A stretch of DNA of 64,000 nt from Bacillota bacterium (GTDB lineage Bacteria; Bacillota; Sulfobacillia; JAJYWN01): assembly GCA_021791495.1 (NCBI GenBank), contig JAJYWN010000064.1:10139-74138 (forward strand). Direction: 5' to 3'. Positions 50,682-64,000 of the stretch are shown here, piece by piece (the stretch's first letter is position 1; every line of letters begins with the position of its first letter). The notes beneath the pieces are model-generated. The model worked only from the letters and a program-made list of their open reading frames with translations. It was not told the DNA's origin and searched no databases. The translations under genes and the position numbers were made by a program.

Positions 50682-50744
50682 TCAGCAAACTGCGATAGGA
50701 AATGCTATGTGCGTGTTTTGCTCTGGAGGGAGCGGAATCCGCAC

Positions 50745-50771
50745 ATTTGGTGCGGATATTGCACATTAGTG
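50745..50771. promoter_or_regulatory. near-perfect palindrome ATCCGCACA-T-TTGGTGCGGAT upstream of korA (candidate operator for the adjacent IclR regulator)
   Basis: Seen directly in the korA promoter region. Confidence 0.4.
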
Positions 50772-50889
50772 ACCATATTTCGAGCGGGTTAATGCGAATC
50801 CTGCTAAGGGGGGAAAGGAATCGCGCTAAACAAACGGTATCTTCTGGCTCGGCTGGTTAAACGACGTGGTAAACTTCCAGGTGAAGTTG

Positions 50890-51753
50890 CTATGAACCCG
50901 CGCGATAGCCAAGAGACTTGGAGATTAGCTGGGCGGCGGCGATGACCTTTGCCCCGAGGGTGGATACGTCGGCGTTGCGGAATCTCTTGGCATCGCCCGA
51001 AGCGCTGACCGCGCCGACAACGCGACCGCTGTGGTCGTGGAAGGCGGCGGCCACACAGTAAACCCCTTCGTTGTGTTCGCCCTTATCCACCGCGTAACCG
51101 AGAGTCCGAATGGTCGAAAGCTCTCGGAGCAACTGATCCACGGAGGCGATGGTGGAGGGAGTGTACCTTCTTAACTCGCCTGATCCATAAAGCCGCAAGA
51201 GTTGACCGCCGTCGAGGCTGGTAAGCATGGCCTTGCCCACAGCGGTGGCGTAGGCTGGAGCGCGCCGGCCGATGTGGAACTGACTACCAGTAGCTTGCCC
51301 GCAGTCAATGCGGTCAAGGAAGACCACTTCGCCATCGACCATTACCGCCAGATGGGCATCGAAACCGGTCTCTTCAACAAGATCAAGGAGGCGCGGGCGA
51401 GCCATTTGGCGGATGTCCAGGCGGTTGACGACGCTATTGGCCAGGTTTACGATGCGAAAGGTCAATCGGTACCGTTCGTTGCTGGGGTCGCGACGGACCC
51501 ATCCCGACTGTATCAGGCTCTGTAGAAAGCGGTAGACGGTACTCCGGTGCCAGTGGAGCACTCGCGCCAGGTCCGTGACCGCCAGGTCATCCCTGGCTTC
51601 TGCCAGCGCCTCGACGATACGCAACGCTTTGGCTACCGAGGCGACCGAGCTCTTCGTGGTGCTCGGTCCCTTATTCTCTCCTTCCATCCGCGGTCGGCTT
51701 TCAGTCAGGTCAGGCATAGGAGAAGCGTCCGGTGCTCCGGCGGGTTTGCTCAT
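50890..51753 (-). CDS. IclR-family transcriptional regulator
   Basis: N-terminal wHTH (VAKALRIVEALAE...LTDLARVL) and a C-terminal IclR effector domain. Confidence 0.85.
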   Translation of the reverse strand: MSKPAGAPDASPMPDLTESRPRMEGENKGPSTTKSSVASVAKALRIVEALAEARDDLAVTDLARVLHWHRSTVYRFLQSLIQSGWVRRDPSNERYRLTFRIVNLANSVVNRLDIRQMARPRLLDLVEETGFDAHLAVMVDGEVVFLDRIDCGQATGSQFHIGRRAPAYATAVGKAMLTSLDGGQLLRLYGSGELRRYTPSTIASVDQLLRELSTIRTLGYAVDKGEHNEGVYCVAAAFHDHSGRVVGAVSASGDAKRFRNADVSTLGAKVIAAAQLISKSLGYRAGS

Positions 51754-51917
51754 GGTGCTTTCCTCCCTTCACTGAGATGAGAAGTGAGAAGTGAAACCTG
51801 GATGAAAGGGCCGGTCGGTGCGGAATGCGAACACACACAAAGAAAATAAATCATGGTGACTGAGTTTGTCAACCTAACCATCGGTCGCCGACTAAGCAAC
51901 ACTCCCGTTAGGCCGAC

Positions 51918-53178
51918 TCAGCTGATCTTGGTCATGCCGTTCATGTACGTCCGCAACACGTCGGGAACGGTGATGGTGCCGTCGGCTTCTTGGTAGTTTT
52001 CGATGATCGACGCCGCGGCGCGACCGACGGCGACACCCGAACCGTTCAAGGTGTGCACGAAGTCGACTTTTCCGTTGGCGCGCCGGAACCGGATGTTCGC
52101 GCGGCGTGCCTGGAAAGTCTCAAAGTTCGAACAGGACGAAATCTCCTTGTAGCTGTTGTAGCTCGGCAGCCAGACTTCCAGGTCGTAGGTCTTCGCCGAC
52201 GAAAAACTCATGTCCCCGGAGGACAGTAGGACCCGGCGGAAGGGCAGTTCCAGGAGCCGCAGCACTTCTTCGGCGTCGGCCGTCAGTTTCTCCAGTTCGT
52301 CGTATGAGGTCTCGGGCAGCGTGAATTTGACCAGCTCGACCTTATTGAACTGATGCACCCGGATCAGGCCGCGGGTGTCGCGCCCGGCCGACCCGGCTTC
52401 GGCGCGGAAGCAGGCCGAGTAGGCCGTGTACTTGATGGGCAGGTCGGCTTCGGCCAGGATCTCCTCACGGTGCAGGTTGGTCACGGGTACCTCGGCGGTG
52501 GGAATGAGGTAGAAACCGTTGTTGGCGACCTTGAACATGTCTTCCTCGAATTTCGGTAACTGGCCGGTGCCCACCATGCAGTCGGCGGAGACCATGTATG
52601 GCGGGATGATCTCCGTATAGCCGTGCTTTTTCGTGTGCAGGTCCAGCATGAAGTTGATCAGGGCACGCTCCAGCAGGGCGCCGGGGCCCTTGTTCACGGC
52701 GAAACGGGCGCCGGACATCTTCGCGGCACGCTCGAAGTCCAGGATGTTCAGGGCGGGGCCCAGGTCCCAGTGGGGCTGGGGATCGAAATCGAAGCGGGTC
52801 GGCTCGCCCCAACGGGATATCTCCACGTTCTCCTTCTCGTCGGCGCCCACGGGGACGCTTTCGTGGGGGATGTTGGGGAGGTAGAGGAGTTGGCGCGAGA
52901 GGTCGTCGTCCACCGCCTTCACCGCATCCTCAAGCTCTTTGATGCGGACGTTCGCCTGCTGGAGGCGGGCGATGTCGGCCGAGGCGTCCTGGCCGGCCTT
53001 CTTCTTCCGGCCGATATCTTCGGAGGCCGTATTCTTCGCGGCCTTGAGGGACTCGACTTCCGTGAGGAGCTGGCGGCGCCGGGCGTCGGTGGCGAGAAGC
53101 TGGTCCAGGCCCTCGCCGGCCTTCTTCTTCGCCAGCCCCTGACGGGCGGCCTCAGGATTCGCGCGGATGGTGCGGATA

Positions 53179-53186
<8 letters not shown>
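51918..53186 (-). CDS. serS: serine--tRNA ligase
   Basis: N-terminal coiled coil and class II aaRS motifs. Confidence 0.9.
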
Positions 53187-54419
<1,233 letters not shown>

Positions 54420-54423
<4 letters not shown>

Positions 54424-55223
54424 CCGGCGCGCCCGCCGCGGACCGTCTCGCCGCAGGCGCAGCGGCGCTGGGCCGGCAGATCTTTGATCATGGCGAAGAG
54501 AAGGTCGCGGAGTTTGTCGTTGTTGGCGTTGAAAACCTTCAGGACTTCCTCGTGGGAGACCGGCTTGACTTCAGGGCGCCCCTCCAGGCCGGCGTCGAAA
54601 TCGGTGATGAGAGAGATGTTGACATAACACATGTCCAGCTCGCGGGCCAGGACGACTTCCGGATACTGGGTCATGTTGATGACTTCCCAACCCATTTGAG
54701 AGAACCAGCGGCTCTCGGAGCGTGTGGAGAAGCGGGGCCCCTGGATGACCACGACGGTGCCGTGGTCGTGCACGGTGATGCCCAACTCCTTGGCCTTGGC
54801 AACGGCGACTGTCCGCATTTCCGGGCAGTATGGGTCGGCCACGCTGATGTGCGTGGTGGTGGGGCCGTCGTAAAAGGTGTCGCGGCGCCCGCTGGTGCGG
54901 TCCACGAACTGGTCGCAGATAACGAAATGGCCCGGCTCCACGTGGGGTTGGAGGCTGCCGGCGGCGCAGGGGCCGACGACCCGCTCCACACCTAGGCTCT
55001 TCATGGCCCACAGGTTCGCCCGGTAGGGGACCATGTGGGGCGGGAAACGGTGGTCCTTGCCATGGCGCGGAAGGAAGGCGACCTTCCGGCCGTGGATGGT
55101 GCCAAGGGCGATGCGGTCGCTGGGTGCGCCGTAGGGGGTTTCCACCCAGACTTCCTTCACGTCCGAAAGGAGGCTGTAGAATCCAGAGCCTCCGAAGATG
55201 CCGATTTCCGCGTCCTGCGTCAA
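54420..55223 (-). CDS. mtnP: S-methyl-5'-thioadenosine phosphorylase
   Basis: PNP/MTAP family (IGIFGGSGFY...). Confidence 0.85.
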
Positions 55224-55467
55224 AATGCTTCAACCTCCCTGATGCCGACGGGCGGCGTCAAGCGCGATCCAGGTCATCCCCGCCGGTAGACTCGCCGGAG
55301 ATACTTTTCCCGGCCCACAGGGAATTCCTTCCCGCACCTGGACTGTCTTCCCAGTGATGATGTGGCGGTGGTGTGAATAGGGGCAGGCGGGGCGGGCGGG
55401 CAGCTTCGGTCCGCCGGTACCTTCCCACCCGGTACACTCCTGAGGCGTGTCCGGGATGCCGGACGGG

Positions 55468-56162
55468 TCAGTACAGCTCCGGACGAAGGTCGCCGGCGAT
55501 GAAATTCGGGTGCCCCCGGCGGTCCGCCAACTCCGCTGGATCAAGCCGTTCCGTGACCATGGCCTCGCCGTTACCTTCGTCACGCGTGAACCCAAGCACC
55601 CGGCCCCATGGGCTAATGACTCCAGCCCAACCGGGAAATCTCATGCCCCGTGGCTCCCACTCACTAGGCTCGCGGTCCTCCGCGCTGTCGCAGAGGACGG
55701 AGAACAGACCGTAGGCCCACGAATGGTGAATGATGGACATGTACAGCGTGGCGGCCATTTCGGAGAAGAACGAATCCCGGCAGACGGTGATCCCGACCTT
55801 GGCCTTCCCGACATCGAAGACTTCGATGCTGTCGCCAGCCCGCCAATACGGGCGTTCGTGAGCCGGCACGTGGATCTTGCGATGCTTTCCGATGACCCCG
55901 GCACCGGCTGCGCGCCGCGGATCGCCACGAGATCGGCAACGTAGCCGGACAGGCAGAGTTCCGGAAAGAGGGCTAGTTCGCTGCCGGCATCCCTGGCCCT
56001 CCGTGCCCAATCCCGGATGCGGCTCAGGCTTCGTTCCGATTGCGCGATCCAGTTGGCCATGGAGACTGCTGAGACAGTGATTGGCTGCATGGTCCGATAC
56101 CCCCGATGAGGAGATGGCCGCGCTCCGCCAGGGTTCCACGATGCACGCGCGGCAAGGAACAA
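55468..56162 (-). pseudogene. carbon-nitrogen hydrolase (nitrilase superfamily) pseudogene: the N-terminal and C-terminal halves are in different frames, with about 40 aa missing between the catalytic Glu and Lys
   Basis: Frame A reads MQPITVSAV...ELALFPELCLSGY. Frame B reads GVIGKHRKIHVP...VGITVCRD. The switch is near 55900-55940. Confidence 0.5.
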
Positions 56163-56194
56163 GAGACGCTATAGCGGACAGGGTCTCTCACATC

Positions 56195-57148
56195 TCAGTC
56201 GTCGTGGACAACGCGATCTGTCCCGCCGGCACCCATTTCGGCTCGGACCGCTTCCACCTCGGCGTTGTCGAAGTTGTACCGGTCGCCGCAGAAGCGGCAG
56301 ACAAGCTCGGTCCCTTCGCCCTTGGCGATGATGTCGTCGATCTCCTGGCGTCCCAGGGTGGCGAGGAGCCCCCGCGCCTTCTCACGGGAGCAGGGGCAGA
56401 AGTACGAGAGGGAGCCGTGCTCCAGGATTTCGGGGTGCAAACCCTTCAGCACTGTCTCCAGGATATCCTCCGGCGTGGCGCCATCGTCGATGGCGTGACT
56501 GATGGATGAAATGGAGGCCAGGTTTTGCTCCAGGTCGGCCAAGCGTTCCTTCAGGTAGACCTCGTCGTCTCCGCCGTCCTTCTCCGGGAGGAGTTGCACG
56601 ATGATGCCGCCCGCGGCGCGAACGCTTTCGTCCGGGTCCACGAGCACGCCGAGGCCCACGGCGGATGGGGTCTGCTCTGAGCGGGTGAAGTATGAGGCCA
56701 GGTCAATGGCGATCTCCCCCGACACCAGGGGCGCGCTGCCGGTGTAAGGCTCCTTCAGGCCCAGGTCTTTGGTGACATGGATGAAGCCCTTGCGGCCCAC
56801 GGCCATGCCCACGTTGAGTTTTCCGGGCCCCATCAGCTCCATCTCGGCATTGGGGTTCTGGAGGTAACCGCGGACCCGGCCGAGAGCATCGGCCACGGAG
56901 ATGATGCCGCCCGTGGGGCCGCCTCCGTCAATGCGCATAGTCACCGTCTGGTCGTCCTTTAGCGTCGTCCCGATGAGGGCCGTGGCGGTCAAGGTCCGAC
57001 CCAGGGCGGCGGTGGCCACCGGCGACGTGCCGTGGCGGCGCCGGGCCTCGTCCACCAGCTGGGATGTGCGCCCGACGAGGACGCGGAGGCGCCCATCGCG
57101 GTCGGCGGCACGGAGGTAATAGTCGGCATGATTCGGGTGTTTGTCCAT
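56195..57148 (-). CDS. hslO: redox-regulated chaperone Hsp33
   Basis: Hsp33 fold and a C-terminal CxC...CxxC zinc centre. Confidence 0.85.
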   Translation of the reverse strand: MDKHPNHADYYLRAADRDGRLRVLVGRTSQLVDEARRRHGTSPVATAALGRTLTATALIGTTLKDDQTVTMRIDGGGPTGGIISVADALGRVRGYLQNPNAEMELMGPGKLNVGMAVGRKGFIHVTKDLGLKEPYTGSAPLVSGEIAIDLASYFTRSEQTPSAVGLGVLVDPDESVRAAGGIIVQLLPEKDGGDDEVYLKERLADLEQNLASISSISHAIDDGATPEDILETVLKGLHPEILEHGSLSYFCPCSREKARGLLATLGRQEIDDIIAKGEGTELVCRFCGDRYNFDNAEVEAVRAEMGAGGTDRVVHDD

Positions 57149-57195
57149 GTTCAGGTGGGTCCTCTGCCTTTCCTCTTCAGGCCTCTTCGCTCTTC

Positions 57196-58656
57196 CTAAC
57201 CTTTCATTACCGCCAGGGGGCGCAAACGCGCCACCTTCCGGGCGATGCCGGCGGCGTCGGTCACGCGCACCACGTCGTTGACATCCTTATAGGCCTCCGG
57301 CGCTTCTTCCGCCAGCGTGGCGTTACTGGTGGCGCGTACGGAGATGCCGCGCCGTTCCAGCTCCGCCTTGAGTTCGGCCCCGCGCGTTTCCTTCTTCGCC
57401 TCGCTCCGGCTCATCAGGCGGCCGGCGCCGTGGCAGGCCGACCCAAATGTCTCGGCCATGGCCTTCTCCGTTCCGACGAGAATATACGAGTTTCGGCCCA
57501 TGTCGCCCGGCACCAGGACCGGCTGCCCGGTGGATCGGTAGGCCGCCGGCAGTTCGGCGTGGCCGGCCGGAAAGGCACGGGTGGCGCCCTTGCGGTGCAC
57601 ACAAAGCACCCGTTGGCGTCCTTCGACAGTGTGCCTCTCTTTCTTGGCGATATTATGGGCCACGTCGTAGAGGAGCGAGAGCCCCAGGCGTTCTGGCGTC
57701 GATCCGAGGATGCGGGCGATCGTCTCGCGTGTCCAGTGCATGAGACACTGGCGGTTGGCCCAGGCGTAGTTGGCGGCGGCGGCCATGGCCGACAGATAGG
57801 CCTGCCCTTCGGACGAATTCACGGGAGCGCAGGCCAGTTGCCGGTCGGGGAGATGCAGGTCGTACTTCTTCGCCGCCTGGGCCATGACGTCAAGGTAGTC
57901 GGTGCAAACCTGGTGCCCCAGGCCGCGGGAGCCGGAGTGGATGGACACCACGACTTGTCCGGCGGAGAGGCCGAAGGTGGCCGCGACCGCCGGATCGTAG
58001 ATTGTCTCGACCAGTTGGACCTCAAGGAAATGATTGCCCGAACCCAAGGTGCCCAATTGGTCGTGTCCACGCTTAAAGGCGCGGGGCGATACTTTTCCGG
58101 GATCGACGCCTGGTAGGGAGCCGCCGGCCTCAGTGAAGGCTAGGTCTTCGGGGGCGCCGTACCCTTTCTCCACCGCCCAGGCGGCGCCGCGGGTCAGAAC
58201 TTCCTCCATCTCGCGGCGCTCCACCTTGATCTTCCCGCCCGAACCGACGCCCGAGGGGATATTGTCGAAGAGGGCGCCGATGAGTTGGTCAAGGTGGGGG
58301 CGGACGTCGGCCTCAGTCAAGTTCGTCCGGACAACGCGGACGCCACAGTTGATGTCGTACCCGACCCCGCCGGGCGAGACCACGCCCTGGTCCCAGTCGG
58401 TGGCGGCCACTCCTCCGATGGGGAAGCCGTAGCCCCAATGGATATCCGGCATGGCCAAGGAGGCGCCGACGATGCCCGGGAGGGTAGCCACGTTGGCCAC
58501 CTGCTCGGGCGCTTGATCCTCTTTGATGGACGGCAGAAGGCCAGCGTCGGCATAGATGATCCCGTCCACCCGCATCCCGGACTTGTACCCTCTGGGGATG
58601 CGCCAACGGTTGGCGTCGATCTGCTCAAGTTTGCCTTGCCACCCGGCCATAGACAT
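57196..58656 (-). CDS. rtcB: RNA-splicing ligase RtcB
   Basis: Conserved His/Cys metal-binding residues across 486 aa. Confidence 0.9.
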   Translation of the reverse strand: MSMAGWQGKLEQIDANRWRIPRGYKSGMRVDGIIYADAGLLPSIKEDQAPEQVANVATLPGIVGASLAMPDIHWGYGFPIGGVAATDWDQGVVSPGGVGYDINCGVRVVRTNLTEADVRPHLDQLIGALFDNIPSGVGSGGKIKVERREMEEVLTRGAAWAVEKGYGAPEDLAFTEAGGSLPGVDPGKVSPRAFKRGHDQLGTLGSGNHFLEVQLVETIYDPAVAATFGLSAGQVVVSIHSGSRGLGHQVCTDYLDVMAQAAKKYDLHLPDRQLACAPVNSSEGQAYLSAMAAAANYAWANRQCLMHWTRETIARILGSTPERLGLSLLYDVAHNIAKKERHTVEGRQRVLCVHRKGATRAFPAGHAELPAAYRSTGQPVLVPGDMGRNSYILVGTEKAMAETFGSACHGAGRLMSRSEAKKETRGAELKAELERRGISVRATSNATLAEEAPEAYKDVNDVVRVTDAAGIARKVARLRPLAVMKG

Positions 58657-58771
58657 GCTCCTTCCGTGCCGCCGTGAAGCCGAGGCCGCCCGGGCGCCCT
58701 ATTTCACGAGAAATAACGGGTGCCCAGGACAGCGTCGCCGCTATTTGCCTAGAGTCGTTGGTTCGATATCG

Positions 58772-59296
58772 TCAGTTCTTTCCTGAGCGCCGGCCGCGCC
58801 TTTGAGATTCGCCTTTTCCGCCGGTCGGTGGGGTCGCAACCTCTTGTTGACCCTTTCCCAGGCGGGAATCCTCCTTGGCCGCCAGTTCGAGGCCGCCGGG
58901 GAGCGTGTAGTTCACCATAAGCGCATCCCGATGCCCAACGTCGTACGCCAGAGCGGCCATGATGTAGGAATTCAGGCTGACTCCGCTGAGTTTGGCATGA
59001 ACCGCCAACCGTCGATGGAGCGCTGGAGCTATCCGAAGAGTAAGATGGCCGCTGAATTCGGAAGAAGCGCTGGGCTTGGGAACGGGCATGCCATCCTCAC
59101 GTGCTGATTCCAGCCATATGTCAATGGCGTCCGTTAGGAGGTCAAACAGCCCTTCCAAAGTGTCCGATACGGCCACACATCCGGGTAAATCGATGACCGT
59201 AGCAGCCCATTTTCGGACTCCACCGTCCCTTTCCACCTGCTCCAAGAGAAACGGATAGTCAATCCGCGGCATGGGTGTCACTTGAGCCTCCTCCAT
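58772..59296 (-). CDS. hicB: HicB-family antitoxin (type II TA)
   Basis: N-terminal HicB (RNase H-like fold) and a C-terminal RHH-like DNA-binding region. It overlaps hicA. Confidence 0.7.
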   Translation of the reverse strand: MEEAQVTPMPRIDYPFLLEQVERDGGVRKWAATVIDLPGCVAVSDTLEGLFDLLTDAIDIWLESAREDGMPVPKPSASSEFSGHLTLRIAPALHRRLAVHAKLSGVSLNSYIMAALAYDVGHRDALMVNYTLPGGLELAAKEDSRLGKGQQEVATPPTGGKGESQRRGRRSGKN

Positions 59297-59553
59297 TCAG
59301 ATGGGATAAGGTTGAACACCAAGTCTAGTACCTGTTCGACATAATGAGGGTCTACCGGCTCGTGGTCTGGGATTGGCACAGTGCGAAAACCAGGTCTCTT
59401 GATCTTCATCTGGTGCTTTCCGCCCGGACCAAATTGTAGACCGAAACGTTTGGCGACTGTCTCCAACTCGTCCACACGGATGTCCTTCGCTCCGGCCAGC
59501 ATCCGCCGGATGATCTTCCTAACTCCCATAGGGGTCAGTCCGTTCGCCAACAT
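59278..59553 (-). CDS. hicA: HicA-family mRNA interferase toxin
   Basis: dsRBD-like fold with GKHQMKIKRPG...VPIPDH. Confidence 0.7.
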   Translation of the reverse strand: MLANGLTPMGVRKIIRRMLAGAKDIRVDELETVAKRFGLQFGPGGKHQMKIKRPGFRTVPIPDHEPVDPHYVEQVLDLVFNLIPSEWRRLK

Positions 59554-59648
59554 TATACCCGGATGCCACCATATACGCCACCACCAATCGGGATGAATTG
59601 GGAGAGATGGGGGACCGGATCAGGGAAAGGGCCGCTACGCGGTCTTGT

Positions 59649-60149
59649 CTAGACGTCCAGAACCACTCGAAGGAGGCAACCGCCGTTCGGATCGGTCGTC
59701 TGGCCCGCAACTGGGTTCTCCACGGAGATACCGTGGTAGGTCGCGGCTTTCACTTCGTGCAGTTGGCGGTGCCGGGTCGGGTTCAGCTTCTCGCCGCTGA
59801 CCTTAGCGTGCAGGGACATCCTCGAAAGGTCTGACGAGTCCGAAGGCCCTTCCGCCGATTCTAGGGAAACCCCGAACCGTGCGTAGACTTCGCCCCTGGT
59901 CTCATGCCGGTAGATGATCTCGTTGAGCCACCGCACCAAAAGGGTCTCGTAATCGGGAGCCGTGACTCGAATGGACCAGGTCCGCTGGAGCCGGACGGTC
60001 GCCGGATCCACCATCAGGGCGCACAGGCCGGCCGCCGCCGCCGCGAAAGCTTCCTCCAAGTCCGCGCCTTGAGCCTCTAGCCCAACGTCCGCGGTGTGCT
60101 GGAAATAGCGGTACGACCCGGTCCGCCGGCCGCCGCCCTCCTTACTCAT
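59649..60149 (-). CDS. archease (RtcB activator)
   Basis: [11 protein letters not shown] archease signature. The start MSKEGGG at 60149 overlaps the gyrA end by 8 nt. Confidence 0.75.
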   Translation of the reverse strand: MSKEGGGRRTGSYRYFQHTADVGLEAQGADLEEAFAAAAAGLCALMVDPATVRLQRTWSIRVTAPDYETLLVRWLNEIIYRHETRGEVYARFGVSLESAEGPSDSSDLSRMSLHAKVSGEKLNPTRHRQLHEVKAATYHGISVENPVAGQTTDPNGGCLLRVVLDV

Positions 60150-62598
60150 CCTCCCGGCTGGCGGCCACGGGGGCCACGGCGCTGACCACGTCGGTTTCCG
60201 AAAGGCGCTGTAGCCGCACACCTTGCGTGTCGCGGCCCACGACCGAGATGTCTTCCACTGTCATGCGGATCAGGATGCCCTCGGCCGTGATGAGCATGAT
60301 CTCGGCGCCTTCGCGGGTAACCATGGCGCCGGCCACCGGGCCGTTCTTATCGGTGATGTGCAAGGTGCGGATTCCCTTACCGCCACGGTGGGTGAGGCGG
60401 TACTCCTCCAAGGGTGTCCGCTTGCCGTAACCCTTTTCCGAGACGACCAGCAGCTCGTACCCTTCCTGGACGATATCGGCCGCCACCACGCGGTCGTGGG
60501 GGTCCAGGGTCATGCCGCGCACGCCTTGCGCCGGGCGGCCCATGGCGCGGACTTCTTCCTCCGTGAAGCGGATGGCCTGCCCCAGGCGGCTGATGAGCAG
60601 GATGTCCTCGTCGCCCCTGGTGAGCTTGACGTCGATGAGTTCGTCCGACTCGTCCAGGCCGATGGCGATGATGCCGCCCTTCAGGCGGGTGTCGTATTCG
60701 CTGATGTCGGTCTTCTTGACCGTCCCGTTCCGGGTGACCATGAAGAGGTACATCCCCGGCGCGAAATCCTTTACGGGAAGCACGGCGCTGATTTTCTCGC
60801 CCGGCTCGATCTGGATGAGGTTGACGGCGGCCGTCCCCTTGGCGGTGCGCGAGGCCTCCGGGATCTCGTAGACCTTCACGCGGTACATCTTCCCACGGTC
60901 GGTGAAGAAGAGCAGGTAGTGGTGGGTGGACGCCACGAAGAGGCGTTCCACGAAGTCCTCTTCCTTCGTGCCCATGCCGGTGATGCCGCGACCGCCGCGC
61001 CGCTGGGGCCGGTAAGTGCTGGCCGGCAGGCGCTTTATGTAACCTTGGTGGGTCAAGGTGATGACCATGTCCTCTTCGGCGATAAGGTCCTCAATCTCCA
61101 ACTCGGACTCGGCCGCCATGATGCGGGTGCGCCGGTCGTCGGCGTATTTGTCCTTGATGTCGGTGATTTCTTTCTTGATAATCTGGTAGACCATGCGCTC
61201 GTTCGCTAGGACGGCGCGGTAGTATTCGATCAGCTCCATGATCTCCTGGTACTCGGTTTCGATCTTCTCGCGCTCCAGGGCGGTGAGGCGCTGCAGGCGC
61301 ATGTCCAGGATGGCCTGGGCCTGCTTCTCCGATAGCCGCAGGTCGGGGTGGGTCATCAGGGCTTCGCGCGCCGAGTCGACGTCGGCCGACCCCCGGATCA
61401 GGCGGATGACCAGGTCCAGGTGGGAGAGGGCGATGCGCAGCCCCTCAAGGATGTGGGCCCGCTCCTCGGCCTTCCGCAGGTCGTGGGCTGTACGCCGCGT
61501 GATGACTTCCTTCTGGAACTCCAGGTAGTGGTAGAGCGCGTCCCGGAGGGTCAAAGTCATGGGCCGCCCGTCCACCAGGGCCAGCATGATGATGCCGAAA
61601 TTCTGCTGGAGGGCGGTGAACTTGAAGAGTTGGTTCAGGACGACGTTGGGGTTTGCGTCACGGCGCAGCTCGATCACGAGCCTCATCCCCTGGCGGTCGG
61701 TCTCGTCGCGCAGGTCGGTGATGCCCTCGATACGCTTGTCCCGCACCAGTTCGGCGATCTTCTCGATCAGTTTGGCCTTGTTCACCTCGTAAGGGAGCTC
61801 GGTAACAAGGATACGGGCTTTCCCGGCGTTCGTGGTCTCGATGCGGGCCTGCGCGCGCATGGTGACCGAACCGCGACCGGTGAGGAAGGCGTCGCGAATG
61901 CCTTCGCGACCCATGATCAGGCCGCCGGTGGGGAAGTCCGGCCCCTTAACGTAGGTCATCAGTTCCTCGGTGGTGATGTCCGGCCTATCAATCATGGCGA
62001 CGACGCCGTCGATCAGCTCGCCCAGGTTATGGGGCGGGATGTTCGTGGCCATGCCCACGGCAATGCCTGAGGAGCCGTTCGCCAGGAGGTTCGGGAACCG
62101 GCTGGTGAGGTAGACCGGCTCCTTCTCGGTCTCGTCGAAGTTCGGCCGGAAGTCGACTGTGTCCTTATCCAGGTCGGAGACCATCTGCAAGGCGATGTGG
62201 GCCAGGCGGACTTCTGTATAGCGCGAGGCCGCCGGCGGATCGCCGTCCACCGAACCGAAGTTCCCGTGGCCGTCCACCAACGGGTAGCGTAGGGAAAAGT
62301 CCTGCGCCATGCGGACCATGGCATCGTAAATGGCGGCGTCACCGTGGGGGTGGTACTTGCCCATGACGTCGCCGACGATGCGGGCGGATTTCTTATAGGG
62401 ACGGTCGGGCCAGTTCCCGGCCTCGGCCATGGCGTAGAGAATGCGCCGCTGCACCGGCTTCAGCCCGTCTTTCACGTCGGGAAGGGCACGGCTGACGATG
62501 ACGCTCATCGAGTAGTCGATGTAGGAGCGCTTCATCTCCTCCACCAGGCGAATGGGGAGGATCTTCCCGTGGGTGTAGTCGTTAATCATCTCTGACAT
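60142..62598 (-). CDS. gyrA: DNA gyrase subunit A
   Basis: AAMRYTE-like active-site Tyr region and C-terminal beta-pinwheel repeats. Confidence 0.95.
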   Translation of the reverse strand: MSEMINDYTHGKILPIRLVEEMKRSYIDYSMSVIVSRALPDVKDGLKPVQRRILYAMAEAGNWPDRPYKKSARIVGDVMGKYHPHGDAAIYDAMVRMAQDFSLRYPLVDGHGNFGSVDGDPPAASRYTEVRLAHIALQMVSDLDKDTVDFRPNFDETEKEPVYLTSRFPNLLANGSSGIAVGMATNIPPHNLGELIDGVVAMIDRPDITTEELMTYVKGPDFPTGGLIMGREGIRDAFLTGRGSVTMRAQARIETTNAGKARILVTELPYEVNKAKLIEKIAELVRDKRIEGITDLRDETDRQGMRLVIELRRDANPNVVLNQLFKFTALQQNFGIIMLALVDGRPMTLTLRDALYHYLEFQKEVITRRTAHDLRKAEERAHILEGLRIALSHLDLVIRLIRGSADVDSAREALMTHPDLRLSEKQAQAILDMRLQRLTALEREKIETEYQEIMELIEYYRAVLANERMVYQIIKKEITDIKDKYADDRRTRIMAAESELEIEDLIAEEDMVITLTHQGYIKRLPASTYRPQRRGGRGITGMGTKEEDFVERLFVASTHHYLLFFTDRGKMYRVKVYEIPEASRTAKGTAAVNLIQIEPGEKISAVLPVKDFAPGMYLFMVTRNGTVKKTDISEYDTRLKGGIIAIGLDESDELIDVKLTRGDEDILLISRLGQAIRFTEEEVRAMGRPAQGVRGMTLDPHDRVVAADIVQEGYELLVVSEKGYGKRTPLEEYRLTHRGGKGIRTLHITDKNGPVAGAMVTREGAEIMLITAEGILIRMTVEDISVVGRDTQGVRLQRLSETDVVSAVAPVAASREDE

Positions 62599-62642
62599 GC
62601 TTTTGCTCTCCGCTCTCCTACGGCTGCCGGCGCCGGCCGCCT

Positions 62643-64000
<1,358 letters not shown>

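Overview
This is a high-GC (~65-70%) bacterial chromosomal window, probably from a Gram-positive-type thermophile (inference only). Most of it is housekeeping genes on the minus strand; the rest is accessory DNA. From the left edge to about 14.9 kb there is a horizontally acquired region. It holds two tandem Type I restriction-modification methyltransferase (hsdM) genes, one of them truncated by the window edge. Next come a RadC-like JAB protein, a short hydrophobic peptide ORF, and an array of about 2.3 diverged ~664-bp tandem repeats with no convincing coding frame. After these come two paralogous small proteins flanking a 519-aa unknown protein, an excisionase, a tyrosine integrase, a 399-aa orphan cargo protein, a low-GC ParA/partner module, and tRNA-Arg(CCU). 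The 3' end of that tRNA plus its terminator region is duplicated about 1.6 kb away (att-like direct repeats), which suggests tandem site-specific integrations. The rest of the window contains NanE, an aldo/keto reductase-ferredoxin fusion, a TldD/PmbA pair, and an acetamidase-family gene. It also has a complete arsenic-resistance operon (ArsR, thioredoxin, permease, ACR3, and an ArsC fused to an SRPBCC domain), an MFS transporter, and a metal-binding protein. There is an M1 aminopeptidase interrupted by an in-frame TAG, a GNAT acetyltransferase, an APC permease, tRNA-Arg(ACG), tRNA-Ser(GCU) and an ISLre2-like transposase. A selenium/sulfur-relay-like locus follows: a SHOCT membrane protein rich in Met/His, dsrEFH/tusDCB-like genes, a LysR regulator, and a SelD whose N-terminus is only recovered by reading an in-frame UGA as selenocysteine. 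After that come an MFS efflux transporter, tRNA-Ser(UGA), GlcF/GlcD-like oxidase genes, a DASS transporter, succinyl-CoA synthetase, a four-subunit 2-oxoacid:ferredoxin oxidoreductase with an IclR regulator, SerS, MtnA, MtnP, a degraded nitrilase-family pseudogene, Hsp33, and RtcB. A hicAB toxin-antitoxin pair sits between RtcB and its activator archease. The window ends with gyrA and a partial gyrB. The most interesting items are the selenoprotein SelD with the adjacent DsrEFH-like locus, the tandem repeat array, the att-duplicated composite island with its orphan cargo gene, and the paralog-flanked 519-aa module.
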